Counted from the stretch's first letter, positions 49,103 to 60,500 are shown. The stretch is DNA of 64,000 nt from Pirellulales bacterium (GCA_963733035.1 CAVTBU010000010.1:65016-129015); one strand, 5' to 3'. Program-made: numbers and translations. The notes: generated by a model from the letters alone, not told the origin.

Positions 49103-52100
49103 GTGGACCTGCTCAATCGGATTATCGACTTTTCGCTGCACAATCGGCTGATCGTGCTGATCGGCACGGGCCTTGCCGTGGTGACGGGTGTCTATGCGCT
49201 CGGGCAATTGGACATCGACGCATTTCCGGACAGCACGCCCGTGCAGGTGCAGATCAACACGACCGCGCCGGCGCTGCGCCGGAGGAAGTCGAGCGGCTGA
49301 TCACATTTCCGATCGAGCAGGCGATCAGCGGCCTGCCGGGGCTCGAGCAACTGCGTTCGATTTCCAAGTTCGGTTTGTCGCAGGTGGTGGTGCTGTTCGA
49401 AGACGGGGTAGATATTTACTTCGCGCGGCAATTGATCAACGAGCGACTGGCCACGGTGGAAATGCCGCCGGAAGTGGCGCGGCCCAAGATGGGACCCGTG
49501 GCCACGGGGCTCGGCGAGGTGTTCCATTATGTCGTTTCGGGGCAGGGAACCGATCCGACGGATTTGCGGACGATTCACGACTGGGTGATCAAACCGCCGA
49601 TGCGCACCGTGCCGGGCACGGCCGAGATCAACAGTTGGGGCGGTTATGAAAAGCAGTACCAGATTCGCATCGACCCCCAGCGGCTGATCGAGCACGGACT
49701 GACGTTCGGCGAAGTGGTCGAGGCGGTCAAAAAGAACAACTTCAATGTTGGCGGCGGCAACATCAGCCGGCCCAGCGGCATGCTCTTGGTGCAAGGAGTC
49801 GGTCGCACGGTCAACGTGGAGGAGATTCGTAACATCGTGGTCGCGGCCCAGGACGGCGTGCCGATTCGCACCTCCGACGTGGCCGACGTCCAGATCGGTC
49901 ACGAAATTCGCCGCGGCGCGGTTACGGCCGACGGCAAGGGCGAAGTCGTGCTCGGCCTCGGCTTCATGCTGATGGGCGAAAATAGCCACGAGGTGACTTG
50001 GAATCTTCGCGAAAAGCTCAAGGAAGTAGCTGCCACGCTGCCCCCCAATGTCGAGGTGACGCCGGTCTACGATCGCACGGAACTGGTCAACTACGTGATC
50101 GACACCGTCCGTAAGAACCTCTTCGAGGGCGGGCTGCTGGTCGTGGCCGTGCTGTTCGCGTTCCTTGGCAACCTGCGGGCGGCGGCCATCGTGGCCCTGG
50201 CGATTCCGCTTTCGATGCTGTTCGCCTTTACGGGCATGTGGCGGTTTAGCATTGCCGCCAGCCTGTTGAGTTTGGGGGCGATCGATTTCGGCATGATCGT
50301 CGACAGCTCGGTGGTGATGATCGAAAACTGCGTTCGGCACCTGGCGCACAACACCGACGGCCGTGATCGGTTGGACGTGATTCGCGACGCCGCGGTTGAG
50401 GTACGCCGGCCCACGCTGTTCGGCGAAATGATCATCATGATCGTTTACCTGCCGATCCTCACGCTAGAGGGGATCGAGGGCAAGCTGTTTCGCCCGATGG
50501 CTCTGACGGTGATCTTCGCGCTGGTTGGTTCGATGATCGTATCGCTGACACTGATGCCGGTGCTGGCCAGCTTTCTACTGCCCAAGAAGATCGCCGAACG
50601 CGAGCCGATGCTGATGCGCTTGGCACATGCCATTCACCGGCCGGTGCTGAACTTTGCCATGCACCACAAGCTGGCCGTGCTGGGGTTTGCGGCGAGCGTT
50701 TTGATTGTGGCCTTTGGCATGATCGCGCCGCATCTCGGATCGGAATTCGTGCCCCGGCTTTCCGAGGGAGCGATTGCGATTGGCGTGGTGCGGTTGGCCG
50801 GTACGGATCTGGAAGAGTCGATTCGCTACAACACCGAGATGGAGCGGGCGATCCTGCAAGAATTTCCCGACGAGGTGCAGCACGTCTGGAGCCGCGTCGG
50901 CAGCGCCGAAGTTGCCACCGATCCGATGGGCGTGGAACTGACCGATACGTTCGTCACGCTGAAGCCGCGCTCCGAGTGGACCAAGGCCCGCACGCAGGCG
51001 GAGTTCACCGAGAAACTCGACAAGCTGCTCCGCGATCTGCCGGGCCAGCGGTTGTCGTACTCGCAGCCGATTGAAATGCGCATGAACGAGATGGTTTCCG
51101 GCGTGCGTGCCGATTTGGGAATCAAACTGTTCGGCGACGACTTCGACGTGCTGGTGGAGAAGGCCGGCGAAATTGAGGCCGTGCTGCGGTCGATACCGGG
51201 TAATGCCGACGTGGCGGTTGAACAGATCACCGGTCAGCCCGTGTTGCAAGTGAAGGTCGACCAGGAGCAGATTGCCCGTTACGGGGTCTCGGCCCAAGCG
51301 GTGCTGGAACTGGTCGAATCGATTGGCTCGAAGCCGCTGGGCGAAATCGTGGAAGGGCAGCTGCGATTTCCGCTGATCGTGCGGCTGCCGGAAGACGTGC
51401 GGCAAAGTCCCGAGTCGATCGGCGCAATGCTCATCGCCACGCCCTCGGGCGAGCGGATACCGCTTTCGCGGCTGGCCAAGGTCGAGATCGTCGAAGGACC
51501 ATCAACGATTACCCGTGAATGGTATCAGCGGCGGATTACGATCACCTCGAACGTTCGCGGCCGCGACCTGGGCAGCTTCGTGGCCGAGGCCCGCCGGCGA
51601 ATTGCCGACGAGGTGGCGCTTCCGTCGGGACGTTATCGCTTGGAGTACGGCGGGCAGTTCGAAAACCTGGAGCGCGCCCGCACACGGCTGTTGATCGTGG
51701 TGCCGGTGTCGCTGGCGTTGATATTCATGCTGCTGTATTTCACGTATCACAACCTGGTCGACGCGCTGCGGGTTTTTACCGGAATTCCCTTTGCCTGGGT
51801 GGGTGGTATTTTCGCCCTCTGGCTGCGCGATATGCCGTTCTCGATTTCCGCCGGCGTCGGCTTCATTGCCATGTCGGGCGTGGCAGTGCTGGACGACATG
51901 ATTCTGGTGTCTTACATCCGGCAACTCCGCGGCGCGGTCTGCCGCTCGACGCGGCGGTGACCCAGGCAGCGGTGACGCGGCTGCGGCCGGTGCTGATGAC
52001 GACGCTCGTGGCAGCGCTCGGTTTTCTGCCGATGGCGCTGAGCACGGGCATGGGCGCCGAAGTGCAGCGGCCGTTGGCCACGGTAGTGATCGGCGGCGTA

Positions 52101-52238
52101 ATCGGTTCGATGGTGATGTCGCTGTTGGTGCTTCGCGTGCTGTATATGGTCTTCAGCAAGGTGGCCGGTCGCGATGACGACGCGCCAACGGAATCGCTCG
52201 CAGGCGAAGAAGAGAAGTTGGCGACCTTGGTTTCTTAG
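49103..52238 (+). CDS. czcA: heavy-metal RND permease, CzcA/CusA family (apparent frameshifts near 49275 and 51930)
   Basis: IDAFPD, SLGAIDFGMIVD, FRPMALT, RLRPVLMT, GAEVQRPLATVVIGG. Confidence 0.93.
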
Positions 52239-52298
52239 CAGTCGGTCGAATTATTCGACGGAGTATTGGGTTGAACGATGAACCTCAAGGAGTTTGCA

Positions 52299-52652
52299 AT
52301 GCAACGGATGTTTTCCGGAATGGTCGTGTGCGCGCTGTTTGCGGTCGTGGCGCTGACGGGCGGTTGTGCCGATAGCGAAATGCCGCACGATGAGCATGCC
52401 GTCGATCCCGCAGCTACATCACAGGCTCACTCGCACGACGGTTGGTGGTGCGACGAGCATGGCGTGCCCGAGGAAGCGTGTGCCCTGTGCAACACGAAGC
52501 TGGCGGCCGACTTTCAGAAGAAGGGGGATTGGTGCGAGGAGCACGACCGCCCCGACTCGCAATGCTTCAAGTGCCATCCGGAGCTGGAAGCCAAGTTCGC
52601 CGCGCAATACGAAGCGATGTACGGTAAGCAGCCGCCGAAGCCTGAGGGGTGA
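52299..52652 (+). CDS. small metal-binding lipoprotein associated with the RND system
   Basis: SD AAGGAG, lipobox LTGGC, His-rich linker, WCDEHGVPE..CALC and WCEEHDRPD..CFKCH. Confidence 0.85.
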   Translation: MQRMFSGMVVCALFAVVALTGGCADSEMPHDEHAVDPAATSQAHSHDGWWCDEHGVPEEACALCNTKLAADFQKKGDWCEEHDRPDSQCFKCHPELEAKFAAQYEAMYGKQPPKPEG

Positions 52653-52676
52653 GGACGAGGTTGTCGGGAACGACGG

Positions 52677-54560
52677 CTACAGCGGCTTGCCGTTCCAGCG
52701 GACGAACCCTTCCAGCGCGAAGTACTCCGGCAGGCCCATCTGGTTGTAGACCTCGGCCGTGTTGCGGTTGCGGTCTTCGGCACGTTGCCAGAATTCGCGG
52801 GGATCGTCAGGGCCGGGAAACAGGGCTGAGTCCTTTTGCGACTCGTGCATGAAGATCGCTTGTCGCTTTTGACGCAAATCGTGGGGCGAGAGGGGCACGG
52901 CGATTTCAATCTCGTGCGGGGCCCATTCCTGCCATGCGCCGCGGTACAGCAGCACCTCGGGGCGGGCGCCGGTGTCGCGCTCGAGCTCCCACACCGCGCG
53001 GAAGATCGCCTCGGCACAAACGCGGTGCGTGCCGTGCGGATCCGAGAGGTCGCCGGCCACGTAGATCTGCGCGGGCTGTACTTTTTCGATCAGCCCTCGC
53101 ACGATGCTCACGTCTTCCTCGGTGATTGGGTTCTTGGCGATCGTGCCGGTGCGATAGAACGGCAGGTCCAAAAAGTGGAGGTGCTGCTCGCGACAGCCGG
53201 CCACCACGGCGCCGGCCTTGGCCTCGCTCCAGCGGATGAGCGATTTGATTTGCAGCACCTCCGGGCTGTCGCTCGCGCCGGCTGCCTTGGAGGCCAGCGA
53301 CTCGGCGACTCGTTTTTCGAGTTGTTGCGATTGTTTCTCGTCGATGCCAAACAGGCGGTTGTATTCGGCCACCAGGTCGGCGATGCGCCAGGCATCGTGA
53401 TCGAACACGGCGATGTTGCCGCTGGTCATGTAGGCGACGTGCACCTCGTGCTTGTCCTCGACGAGCCGGATGAGCGTGCCACCCATCGAAATCACGTCGT
53501 CGTCGGGGTGCGGGCTGAAGCAGATCACGCGTTTTGAATCACGGCCGGCCGGGTGGTACTCAATGGTGTCCATCATCCAGCGAAACACACGATGCGCGAC
53601 GCTTTGGGCCGGCCCGTGATGGCGGAGCAGCTGGTGCAGATTGTGCTTGCGGAAGTCGTCGTCATCGAGCTTGAGCAGGGCCTTGCCCGACTGTTCGCAC
53701 AACCAGAGGATGGCCCGTTTGATCAACGGATCGGTCCACTCGATCTTGCCCAGCACCCAAGGAGTGGTCGTCGCGGTGAGCTTGCTGGCGGCGGCGGTAT
53801 CGAGTAGCAGGGTGGCGTCGGCGTGCTCGCGCAAATAGCAGGCGGGCACGCGCGGCGTGGCGGGGCCTTCGGCCGTTTCGCGAATCACGCCGGCCTTGTG
53901 CTCACCCTGGGCGATGAGAATGATTTTGCGAGCGTCAAAGATCGTGCCCAGCCCCATCGTGATGGCTTGCGTCGGCACGTTCTCTTCGCTGAAAAAGTCG
54001 CTGGCCGCATCGCGCCGCGTGAGCGGATCGAGCGTACAAACGCGGGTGCGGCTGTCCTTGAGGCTGAACGGCTCGTTGAAGCCGATATGCCCGTTGCGGC
54101 CGATGCCCAATAGCTGCAGGTCGATGCCACCGGCCTGGCGAATTTTTTCCTCGTACCAGCGGCAGTGTTCGTCGAGCTTGTCGAGCGGAGTGAGACCGTC
54201 GGGGATGAAGATGTTTTCCTCGGGCACATTGACGAAGTTGAACAAATGCTCCTGCATCCAGCGGCGGTAGCTTTGCAGGCGGTCCGGGCCGAGGCCCAGG
54301 TATTCGTCGAGGTTGAACGTGACGACGTTCGAGAAATCGAGTCCTTCTTCCTGATGCAATCGGCCGAGCTCGCGGTAGATTCCCACGGGCGTGCTGCCGG
54401 TGGGCAGGCCGAGGACGGCTTTTTGCCCGAGCGCCGCGCGATCACGAATGATGCCGGCGATCATGCCGGCCACGTAGCGAGCCAACTGCTGGTGCGAATC
54501 AAAAACGAAACAGGGCAGGGCAGTGCCGCCAAGCGGCCCCAACGGAGGCGAGTCGATCAT
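52677..54560 (-). CDS. nagB: glucosamine-6-phosphate deaminase, long form with PIG-L deacetylase-like C-terminal domain
   Basis: LGLPTGSTP, FNLDEY, GIGRNGHIGFNEP; SPHPDDD, DPHGTH, HESQ. Confidence 0.93.
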   Translation of the reverse strand: MIDSPPLGPLGGTALPCFVFDSHQQLARYVAGMIAGIIRDRAALGQKAVLGLPTGSTPVGIYRELGRLHQEEGLDFSNVVTFNLDEYLGLGPDRLQSYRRWMQEHLFNFVNVPEENIFIPDGLTPLDKLDEHCRWYEEKIRQAGGIDLQLLGIGRNGHIGFNEPFSLKDSRTRVCTLDPLTRRDAASDFFSEENVPTQAITMGLGTIFDARKIILIAQGEHKAGVIRETAEGPATPRVPACYLREHADATLLLDTAAASKLTATTTPWVLGKIEWTDPLIKRAILWLCEQSGKALLKLDDDDFRKHNLHQLLRHHGPAQSVAHRVFRWMMDTIEYHPAGRDSKRVICFSPHPDDDVISMGGTLIRLVEDKHEVHVAYMTSGNIAVFDHDAWRIADLVAEYNRLFGIDEKQSQQLEKRVAESLASKAAGASDSPEVLQIKSLIRWSEAKAGAVVAGCREQHLHFLDLPFYRTGTIAKNPITEEDVSIVRGLIEKVQPAQIYVAGDLSDPHGTHRVCAEAIFRAVWELERDTGARPEVLLYRGAWQEWAPHEIEIAVPLSPHDLRQKRQAIFMHESQKDSALFPGPDDPREFWQRAEDRNRNTAEVYNQMGLPEYFALEGFVRWNGKPL

Positions 54561-54664
54561 CGGAGGGTGGTGGTTCTCTAAGCCAGGTGGAATAGAACCA
54601 CTGAGTATGGCGAATGCGGTGGCGTGAGGCTAGGGGCGGAGGACAGCGGGTAGTGATGACTACT

Positions 54665-55120
54665 TCATTTGTACGCAATTTTGGCTGGGCCAGGCACTTC
54701 GACTAATCTTTCAGGCGATCCATCCGTTCGGACACAAAATGCGAAGTATTTATCGTCGGACATGGGGGCCGGTGGAACAATTGAGTCGAAACGGTACATG
54801 ATTCTGAGTATATAAATTTCATTTGGTACAAGACGTCGCGACATTTGTCCAAAATCTGCAGGCGCTCCTTCATGTAGCTCGACTTCCACGTCAGCTGGAA
54901 GCGAATCAAACAGCTGCTTCCAGATTAGGCTATTGGCACCTTTCACTTGTAGTGACATTCCCCGAATTCCTAGCGTGCGATGACCTGCTTTGGCTACGAG
55001 CCGAATCCGATCGGGACCAGATTTAACCATGCTGACCGAAACACGAGGTGCGCGAAGAAGCGACACGAGCAGGATCATGCCGGCGATCATCGCCACCGTA
55101 GCTGAAATCCACCATTTCAT
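54665..55120 (-). CDS. hypothetical protein with N-terminal anchor
   Basis: 151-aa ORF with hydrophobic N-terminus in visibly AT-richer DNA. Confidence 0.5.
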   Translation of the reverse strand: MKWWISATVAMIAGMILLVSLLRAPRVSVSMVKSGPDRIRLVAKAGHRTLGIRGMSLQVKGANSLIWKQLFDSLPADVEVELHEGAPADFGQMSRRLVPNEIYILRIMYRFDSIVPPAPMSDDKYFAFCVRTDGSPERLVEVPGPAKIAYK

Positions 55121-55133
55121 GTCATCAGCCCGG

Positions 55134-55420
55134 CTAAGTATGTGTCTTCAACTTGCACGAATCGATGAAAAACGCTACGACTCCGCACCTTGGGTTGTCA
55201 AGTCAAGGAAGACGGAGTCATGGCGATGAGCAAGCACTATCCCAGTGACTTTGCGGACCGACAATGTCAGTTGATTTGTCCGCTGTTGCCAAAGCCGGCC
55301 AAGTGTGGTCGGCCACTGATCGACCGACGAGAGAGCCTCAATGCGGTGCATCACGTGGTGCGCGCGGACAGTTGCCGCTCGACTTTCCGAAGTGGAAGAC
55401 CGTTTGCACGGTGTTCCAAT
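55134..55420 (+). mobile_element. degenerate IS5-family transposase remnant
   Basis: YPSDFAD.Q.QLI.PLLP....GRP..D.RE.LNAV, then frameshifted QLPLDFPKWKTV; no DDE domain follows; left end uncertain. Confidence 0.75.
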
Positions 55421-55472
55421 CGTGATGCACTTCGAACTATTTTTCCGGGCGCCTTCCGTGTGAATAGGTCGT

Positions 55473-55871
55473 TTACGGTGTTGGTGATGGGGCTGGTCTG
55501 TAGGTAGACCAATGAACGCGCGAAAACGTCACCCTCGCCTCTGGATAGGCGGCAGTCACTCGAGCCTTAATTTCATCTGGAAGTCGATCATCAAGCAGTA
55601 CGTCGTCTTGCGCTTGATCGCCGAGCCGAGTTCGTAGCCAGGACACACCGCTTGGATTTCTGACCCCAAAGGAGCCTGGCCACAGTGTTATATCGTTGTA
55701 ACCATGCGATACCGAGTACTCCGCAGCCGCGCCCATTGCATCGAATCGTTGATGCACCCATTGGTATTGCCTGACCGTCCACCCCAACGGACCTGCAAGG
55801 GTGGCGACAATCAACAATAGCGTCCGCAGACGGAAACGAAACCAGCGGCGGCTAGTGGCGGGCTCGATCAT
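55473..55871 (-). CDS. hypothetical protein with RRWFRFRLRTLL-type N-terminal motif and TM
   Basis: Basic/aromatic motif plus hydrophobic helix, a pattern common in planctomycete proteins. Confidence 0.6.
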   Translation of the reverse strand: MIEPATSRRWFRFRLRTLLLIVATLAGPLGWTVRQYQWVHQRFDAMGAAAEYSVSHGYNDITLWPGSFGVRNPSGVSWLRTRLGDQAQDDVLLDDRLPDEIKARVTAAYPEARVTFSRVHWSTYRPAPSPTP

Positions 55872-56011
55872 TTTGTCATTCTAGCAGCAATGACAGGTTT
55901 TTCCTTCGGGTCATGATGATCCACAGGATAGGCTTTGGGCGAAACCATGGCGGCTGGGCATTCCGCTCGTTTTCGAGAGTTCAAGCGTGTCGTAAATTGC
56001 GCGCAGGCAAA

Positions 56012-56818
56012 CTACTCGTCCTCGAAATAAGGCGCCTCGCCGACGTCTTCGCCTCCGCCGGTGGTGAGCAGAGCGCGGAGCAGATCGGGCGGGGTTGTGT
56101 TTTTCATGTGTTCGATGTGGCTGTCGACGAAGGCCACGGTTGCCCCCGCTGGGTGCCGGCTGCCAAAGACGGACGCGCCGGAATCCGACGCCGCGACGGC
56201 TTCCTCGAAACTCAGATCGCGCGGCTCGAGCCAGTTGATGCCAGTGGACGATTCCACGATGGCGATGGTTTCCCGGGGACCATCGGTCACGTAACGCCGG
56301 GTAGGCGTTGGCCCGGTTGGATCCGGCCAGAGAGTCTGCGGTCCGACGACGGCCAGGAAGTGGGTCTCTCCCGGTTCTCCATCGGCGTTGGGGCACGCGA
56401 AGAGACTGGGCATTTGCGCCGAGAGTTCGGCGTTGTGAGAACCGTCCCACGGCTCGTCGAAGTCGTATTGTTCGTAAACTCGCTGCGCATCCTCGTCGCC
56501 AAGATAGGGGAGAATCAGAATCCGCCAACTATGCATCGGACGGCCGTTCTCGTCGACCAGCGCGGCGGGTGGATAGTGACCGTTGGCCTGTCGATAGTCT
56601 TCCAGCGTCATGACAATCTGATGGAGCCGATTCGCGCAGAGGTTTTGCTTGTTTAGGTCGTGTTCTTTGAGTTCATTGGGCACGACAATGAAGGCAAAGA
56701 TGAGCAGGCCGATCACCAGCAGAACGCCGAGCCCGCGAAGATAGCTAGGATTGCCGCTGGAAGCTCGATCCGGCTTATTCGCATTCACCGGAGGGTTGGG
56801 CGATTCGAGGGACCCCAT
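56012..56818 (-). CDS. DUF1559-domain protein
   Basis: C.NRLHQI..LEDY, HSWRILILPYL, EPWD, WLEPRD, HPAGATVAFVDSH. Confidence 0.88.
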   Translation of the reverse strand: MGSLESPNPPVNANKPDRASSGNPSYLRGLGVLLVIGLLIFAFIVVPNELKEHDLNKQNLCANRLHQIVMTLEDYRQANGHYPPAALVDENGRPMHSWRILILPYLGDEDAQRVYEQYDFDEPWDGSHNAELSAQMPSLFACPNADGEPGETHFLAVVGPQTLWPDPTGPTPTRRYVTDGPRETIAIVESSTGINWLEPRDLSFEEAVAASDSGASVFGSRHPAGATVAFVDSHIEHMKNTTPPDLLRALLTTGGGEDVGEAPYFEDE

Positions 56819-56984
56819 CACTACCTCGCTTTCCTCAAGAGTTCTGCGTCGTTTCATCTCCTCCGGTAGCTGAAATATTAACACCCGTTAGTGTGGTGTC
56901 AATATGTTCACGTAGATTTGGGAAAATAGCTTGGCCCGTAGCAACGTGTAAGCACGGGTGCCATTCGGCATGCCAATGCAATAG

Positions 56985-57824
56985 CTAGTAATCCAGGTCC
57001 GTCGGAGATACTTGCTCGCCGCCTTGGATCGTTAGAAACGATCGCAGGATGTTGGGCGGAGTTTCGGCGTCGAGGAATTGGACGTGCGCGTCCACGAATA
57101 GGACATTGGCGCCGCGGACGTGCCGACTGCGGATGCCGGGGTGGCCGTTGTCGCGATTGACTCCCTGGATCGCTTCCTGGGGCGTCAAGTCGCGCGGTTC
57201 GAGCCAGTGGATACTGGAACCGGCACTTTCGACGACGGCAATGGTGCGTGCGGGTCGGTCTCGAATGTCGCGCATGCGAACGCCATGCTCGCCGGGCCAC
57301 ATGGTTCCGTCGCCCACCACCGCCAGGTAACTCGTCTCGCCGTCGGGCGTGTCGTCGCTGGGGCAACGGTAGATGCTGGGAGTCGAACTTGCCAATCGTG
57401 CGTTGTTCGGTCCGTCCCAGGGTTCGGCGAAGTCGTATTGCTTATAGAGTGCCATTGTTTCCGGGTCGCCGAAAAACGGTAACAGCAGCGTCCGCCAACT
57501 GTGCATCGGGCGTCCTGTTTCATCGACGATATATGCCGGCGGAAACGACTGGTACGTGTCGTGATAATTCTGCATCGCAATCCCGATCTGCTTCAGTTGG
57601 CCCATGCACGCGTTGCGCCGCGCCGCTTCACGAGCCGCTTGGATCGCCGGCAATAGGAGGGCCACCATGATCATGATGCCGATCACCATCACCACGCCCA
57701 CCGCGCCGAACACGATCAGCAGAATTACGCCGACCGACGGACCGCTCGAGACCTGCGGATAAGGGGGCTGCTGTTGGTGAGGGCCAGGTTGACCGGGCGG
57801 GACAGGAGGAAAGTCGCTGCTCAT
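56985..57824 (-). CDS. DUF1559-domain protein
   Basis: [53 protein letters not shown]. Confidence 0.92.
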   Translation of the reverse strand: MSSDFPPVPPGQPGPHQQQPPYPQVSSGPSVGVILLIVFGAVGVVMVIGIMIMVALLLPAIQAAREAARRNACMGQLKQIGIAMQNYHDTYQSFPPAYIVDETGRPMHSWRTLLLPFFGDPETMALYKQYDFAEPWDGPNNARLASSTPSIYRCPSDDTPDGETSYLAVVGDGTMWPGEHGVRMRDIRDRPARTIAVVESAGSSIHWLEPRDLTPQEAIQGVNRDNGHPGIRSRHVRGANVLFVDAHVQFLDAETPPNILRSFLTIQGGEQVSPTDLDY

Positions 57825-58086
57825 GGTGCCGTTGCCTTCGTGGGTAGTGGCATAAAAGCTTTCCCAGGCGCGATGAATTGCCGCACCGCTCGGCTGCCTC
57901 ATTCCACCCATTAGAGTAAATTGGGGCTCTTCAGGCTATATATGGATTGAAAAACCCGTGATCGCCCATGTGGGTATAGCCATTCAGCCGGTACTGCGTG
58001 CGTGTCAGACGCTAGCCACCAGGCGTCTCCCGCCGCATACTAGCGATTTCCACGTTGCCATCAGAATCCAACAAAGGCTTTCCACC

Positions 58087-59502
58087 ATGCACCGCTCGTT
58101 CGCCATGTTTCTGCTTTGTTCTGTCTCGCTGGTCGCTTTGCCGTTGGCGACGGGTGCTGAGAACGTTACGGCCGGCTACGGCCAGGCCGACGTGACGCCG
58201 GAGGTGAACGGCAAGGCACCGGTTTTCATCGCCGGATATGGCCAGAACCGCCGGGCCACGGGTGTGCACGATCCGCTCTACGCCCGGGCGATCGTCGTCT
58301 CGGACGGCAAGAAGAAGGTCGCACTGGCGGCGGTCGACGTGGTGGGCTTGCAATATCCCACGGTGCAAGAGATTCGCAAGCGGCTTGAAGGGTTCGACTA
58401 TGTGCTCGTGGCCAGCACGCACAACCACGAGGGCCCCGACACGGTCGGCATTTGGGGACCGACGCCATTCAAGAGCGGCGTGGACGCGGAGTACATGGAA
58501 TCGCTGGTTGCCAAAACAGTCGGGGCGATTCAAGCGGCCGACGAGGCGCGCGTACCCGTGGAGGCCAGCTATGGCACCGCGGCCGACGGCCGACTGCTGC
58601 GCGATAGCCGCGAGCCGTATGTGAAAGACGACGTGCTTCGCGTGGTACGGTTCGACGGCGCGGACAAGAAACCCAGCTGCCTGCTGGTCAACTGGACATG
58701 CCATCCCGAGGCTCTGGCCAGCCGCAACAAAGAGATTACGGCCGACTTTCCGTACTACACGATTCGCGATTTGGAAAAGAGATACGGTTGCCCGGTGTTG
58801 TACATTTCCGGCGCCGTGGGCGGATTGATGGCACCGCCGCGCGACGTCTATACCAAGGCCGACGGCTCGCCGCTGGAGGACGGCAACTTTGAGTATTGCG
58901 AGAAGCTCGGCAGCGACGTTGCCAAGCTGGCCGAAAAGGCCATCGACGCGGCCAGCACCGTCAAGCTCCAGCCGATCGTCGTCTCGGCCAAACCGATTAC
59001 CGTGCCGCTGGAAAACAAGCTGTACCGCGCGGCGCAGTTGATGGGTGTTCTCAAGCGCGAAGGCTTGCTGTGGACCGGCGATTCCGAGGAATTCGGCCGT
59101 CCCTATAAGCCGGACGACATCAAGCAACAGCTTCTGCCGGCCGGTGTCACCGAGGTGGGCTACGTAGGCTTGGGCGACGTGCACGTGGCAGGGATTCCCG
59201 GCGAGATCTATCCCGAGTTGGTGTACGGCAAAGTGCAGGAGCCGGTCGATCCGGCGGCCGATTTTCCGGATGCCCCGGTGGAGCCTTCGGTGATGGAAAT
59301 CCTGCCCGGCAAGAACATGATTTTGGCGGGTCTGGCCAACGACGAGTTGGGCTACATCGTGCCGAAGCGTCAATGGGACGAGAAAGCGCCGTTCGCCTAC
59401 GGCCGCAAAGAGAGCCAATACGGCGAAGAAAACAGTTGCGGCCCGCAAATGGCCGCGCTGCTATTGGAAGCGCTCAAGCGCCGCGTGGCCGAAGCGAAGT
59501 GA
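58087..59502 (+). CDS. secreted neutral/alkaline ceramidase-like hydrolase
   Basis: Signal peptide, GVHDPLYARA, STHNHEGPD, CHPE, ADF, PGE, ANDELGY. Confidence 0.78.
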   Translation: MHRSFAMFLLCSVSLVALPLATGAENVTAGYGQADVTPEVNGKAPVFIAGYGQNRRATGVHDPLYARAIVVSDGKKKVALAAVDVVGLQYPTVQEIRKRLEGFDYVLVASTHNHEGPDTVGIWGPTPFKSGVDAEYMESLVAKTVGAIQAADEARVPVEASYGTAADGRLLRDSREPYVKDDVLRVVRFDGADKKPSCLLVNWTCHPEALASRNKEITADFPYYTIRDLEKRYGCPVLYISGAVGGLMAPPRDVYTKADGSPLEDGNFEYCEKLGSDVAKLAEKAIDAASTVKLQPIVVSAKPITVPLENKLYRAAQLMGVLKREGLLWTGDSEEFGRPYKPDDIKQQLLPAGVTEVGYVGLGDVHVAGIPGEIYPELVYGKVQEPVDPAADFPDAPVEPSVMEILPGKNMILAGLANDELGYIVPKRQWDEKAPFAYGRKESQYGEENSCGPQMAALLLEALKRRVAEAK

Positions 59503-59801
59503 TTCGCTTTCCACGAGTTCGCGGACGAGTGATTACCTTGCATTTTTTATTGACATTCGTTTAGCGTCAGGTATTTTAGGGTTGGGTTTGAATTTTTTGA
59601 GGACGCGCAAAAGCGCGGCCTGGCTCGCGAGAAACGCCGATCGCCGCACGGGAATTTGTCGCACATTAAGTTGCGCATCTTCCTTTCTATCCTGCAAAGT
59701 TCGAATCAACCAAGCGTATTCATGCGCTCGAACTTCCTTGTTTTCCCCGACTGGCGTTGGTGTATTTGGTGGGCTGTGAACGTCGTATCGGAAAAAGTGA
59801 C

Positions 59802-60500
59802 ATGAAAGTATCACTCAGCTCTTGGATTCAAAGGTGGCTGTACGGTTCGAATCACCGTCGACGTATCGTCAAGCAAACAGCCGCGTGTCTCGCGATTTCG
59901 CTGGCCACGGCGTGGGTCGCTCCGAGCGAAGCGGCGACGATTCATTTGGAGGTCGCGCCCGCGCAAGACATCACTAATGCCTGGGTGGGGTATCTGAACA
60001 AGAATACTTCAAGCGCATATTTCTATCAGCTGGGTACACTGCCCGGCGGACAGATTAGCGCGTTCGATACCGAGTTTCCTGGCGTACCTATTAGTGATTT
60101 TATATCTGGGCCTCCACCAGATCCCTTCTTATACGCGGCATATTGCATCGTGGGGGTGTATAGCGACGGAACGGTTAACGGCATCACGGCGAGTTCAGCG
60201 GATGATGCGCCAATCGTCAACGGCGATACGTGGGATTCTCATCTTGGTCACTACTTCGGATCCCATGACGAACAGAATGTCGCTGATACCTTGGCGAGTG
60301 GCAGCAGTTTTTGGGTGAGTAATTTTGAGAATCCGTACACAGACGTCCAGTTCGGTACGCAGGCAGTCTTGGTCAACTATTCGACCGCAGCGTTTGGTGG
60401 TACGGCCATAGCTACCGTTGTGCCAGAACCGTGTACTTGGGCGCTGCTTTCCCTAGGTGCAGGCGCATGGTTGTGCTTTGCCCGCCGCCACCGCGATTAG
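59802..60500 (+). CDS. PEP-CTERM sorting domain protein
   Basis: Signal peptide ending SEA; C-terminal VPEPCTWALLSLGAGAWLCFARRHRD. Confidence 0.85.
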   Translation: MKVSLSSWIQRWLYGSNHRRRIVKQTAACLAISLATAWVAPSEAATIHLEVAPAQDITNAWVGYLNKNTSSAYFYQLGTLPGGQISAFDTEFPGVPISDFISGPPPDPFLYAAYCIVGVYSDGTVNGITASSADDAPIVNGDTWDSHLGHYFGSHDEQNVADTLASGSSFWVSNFENPYTDVQFGTQAVLVNYSTAAFGGTAIATVVPEPCTWALLSLGAGAWLCFARRHRD

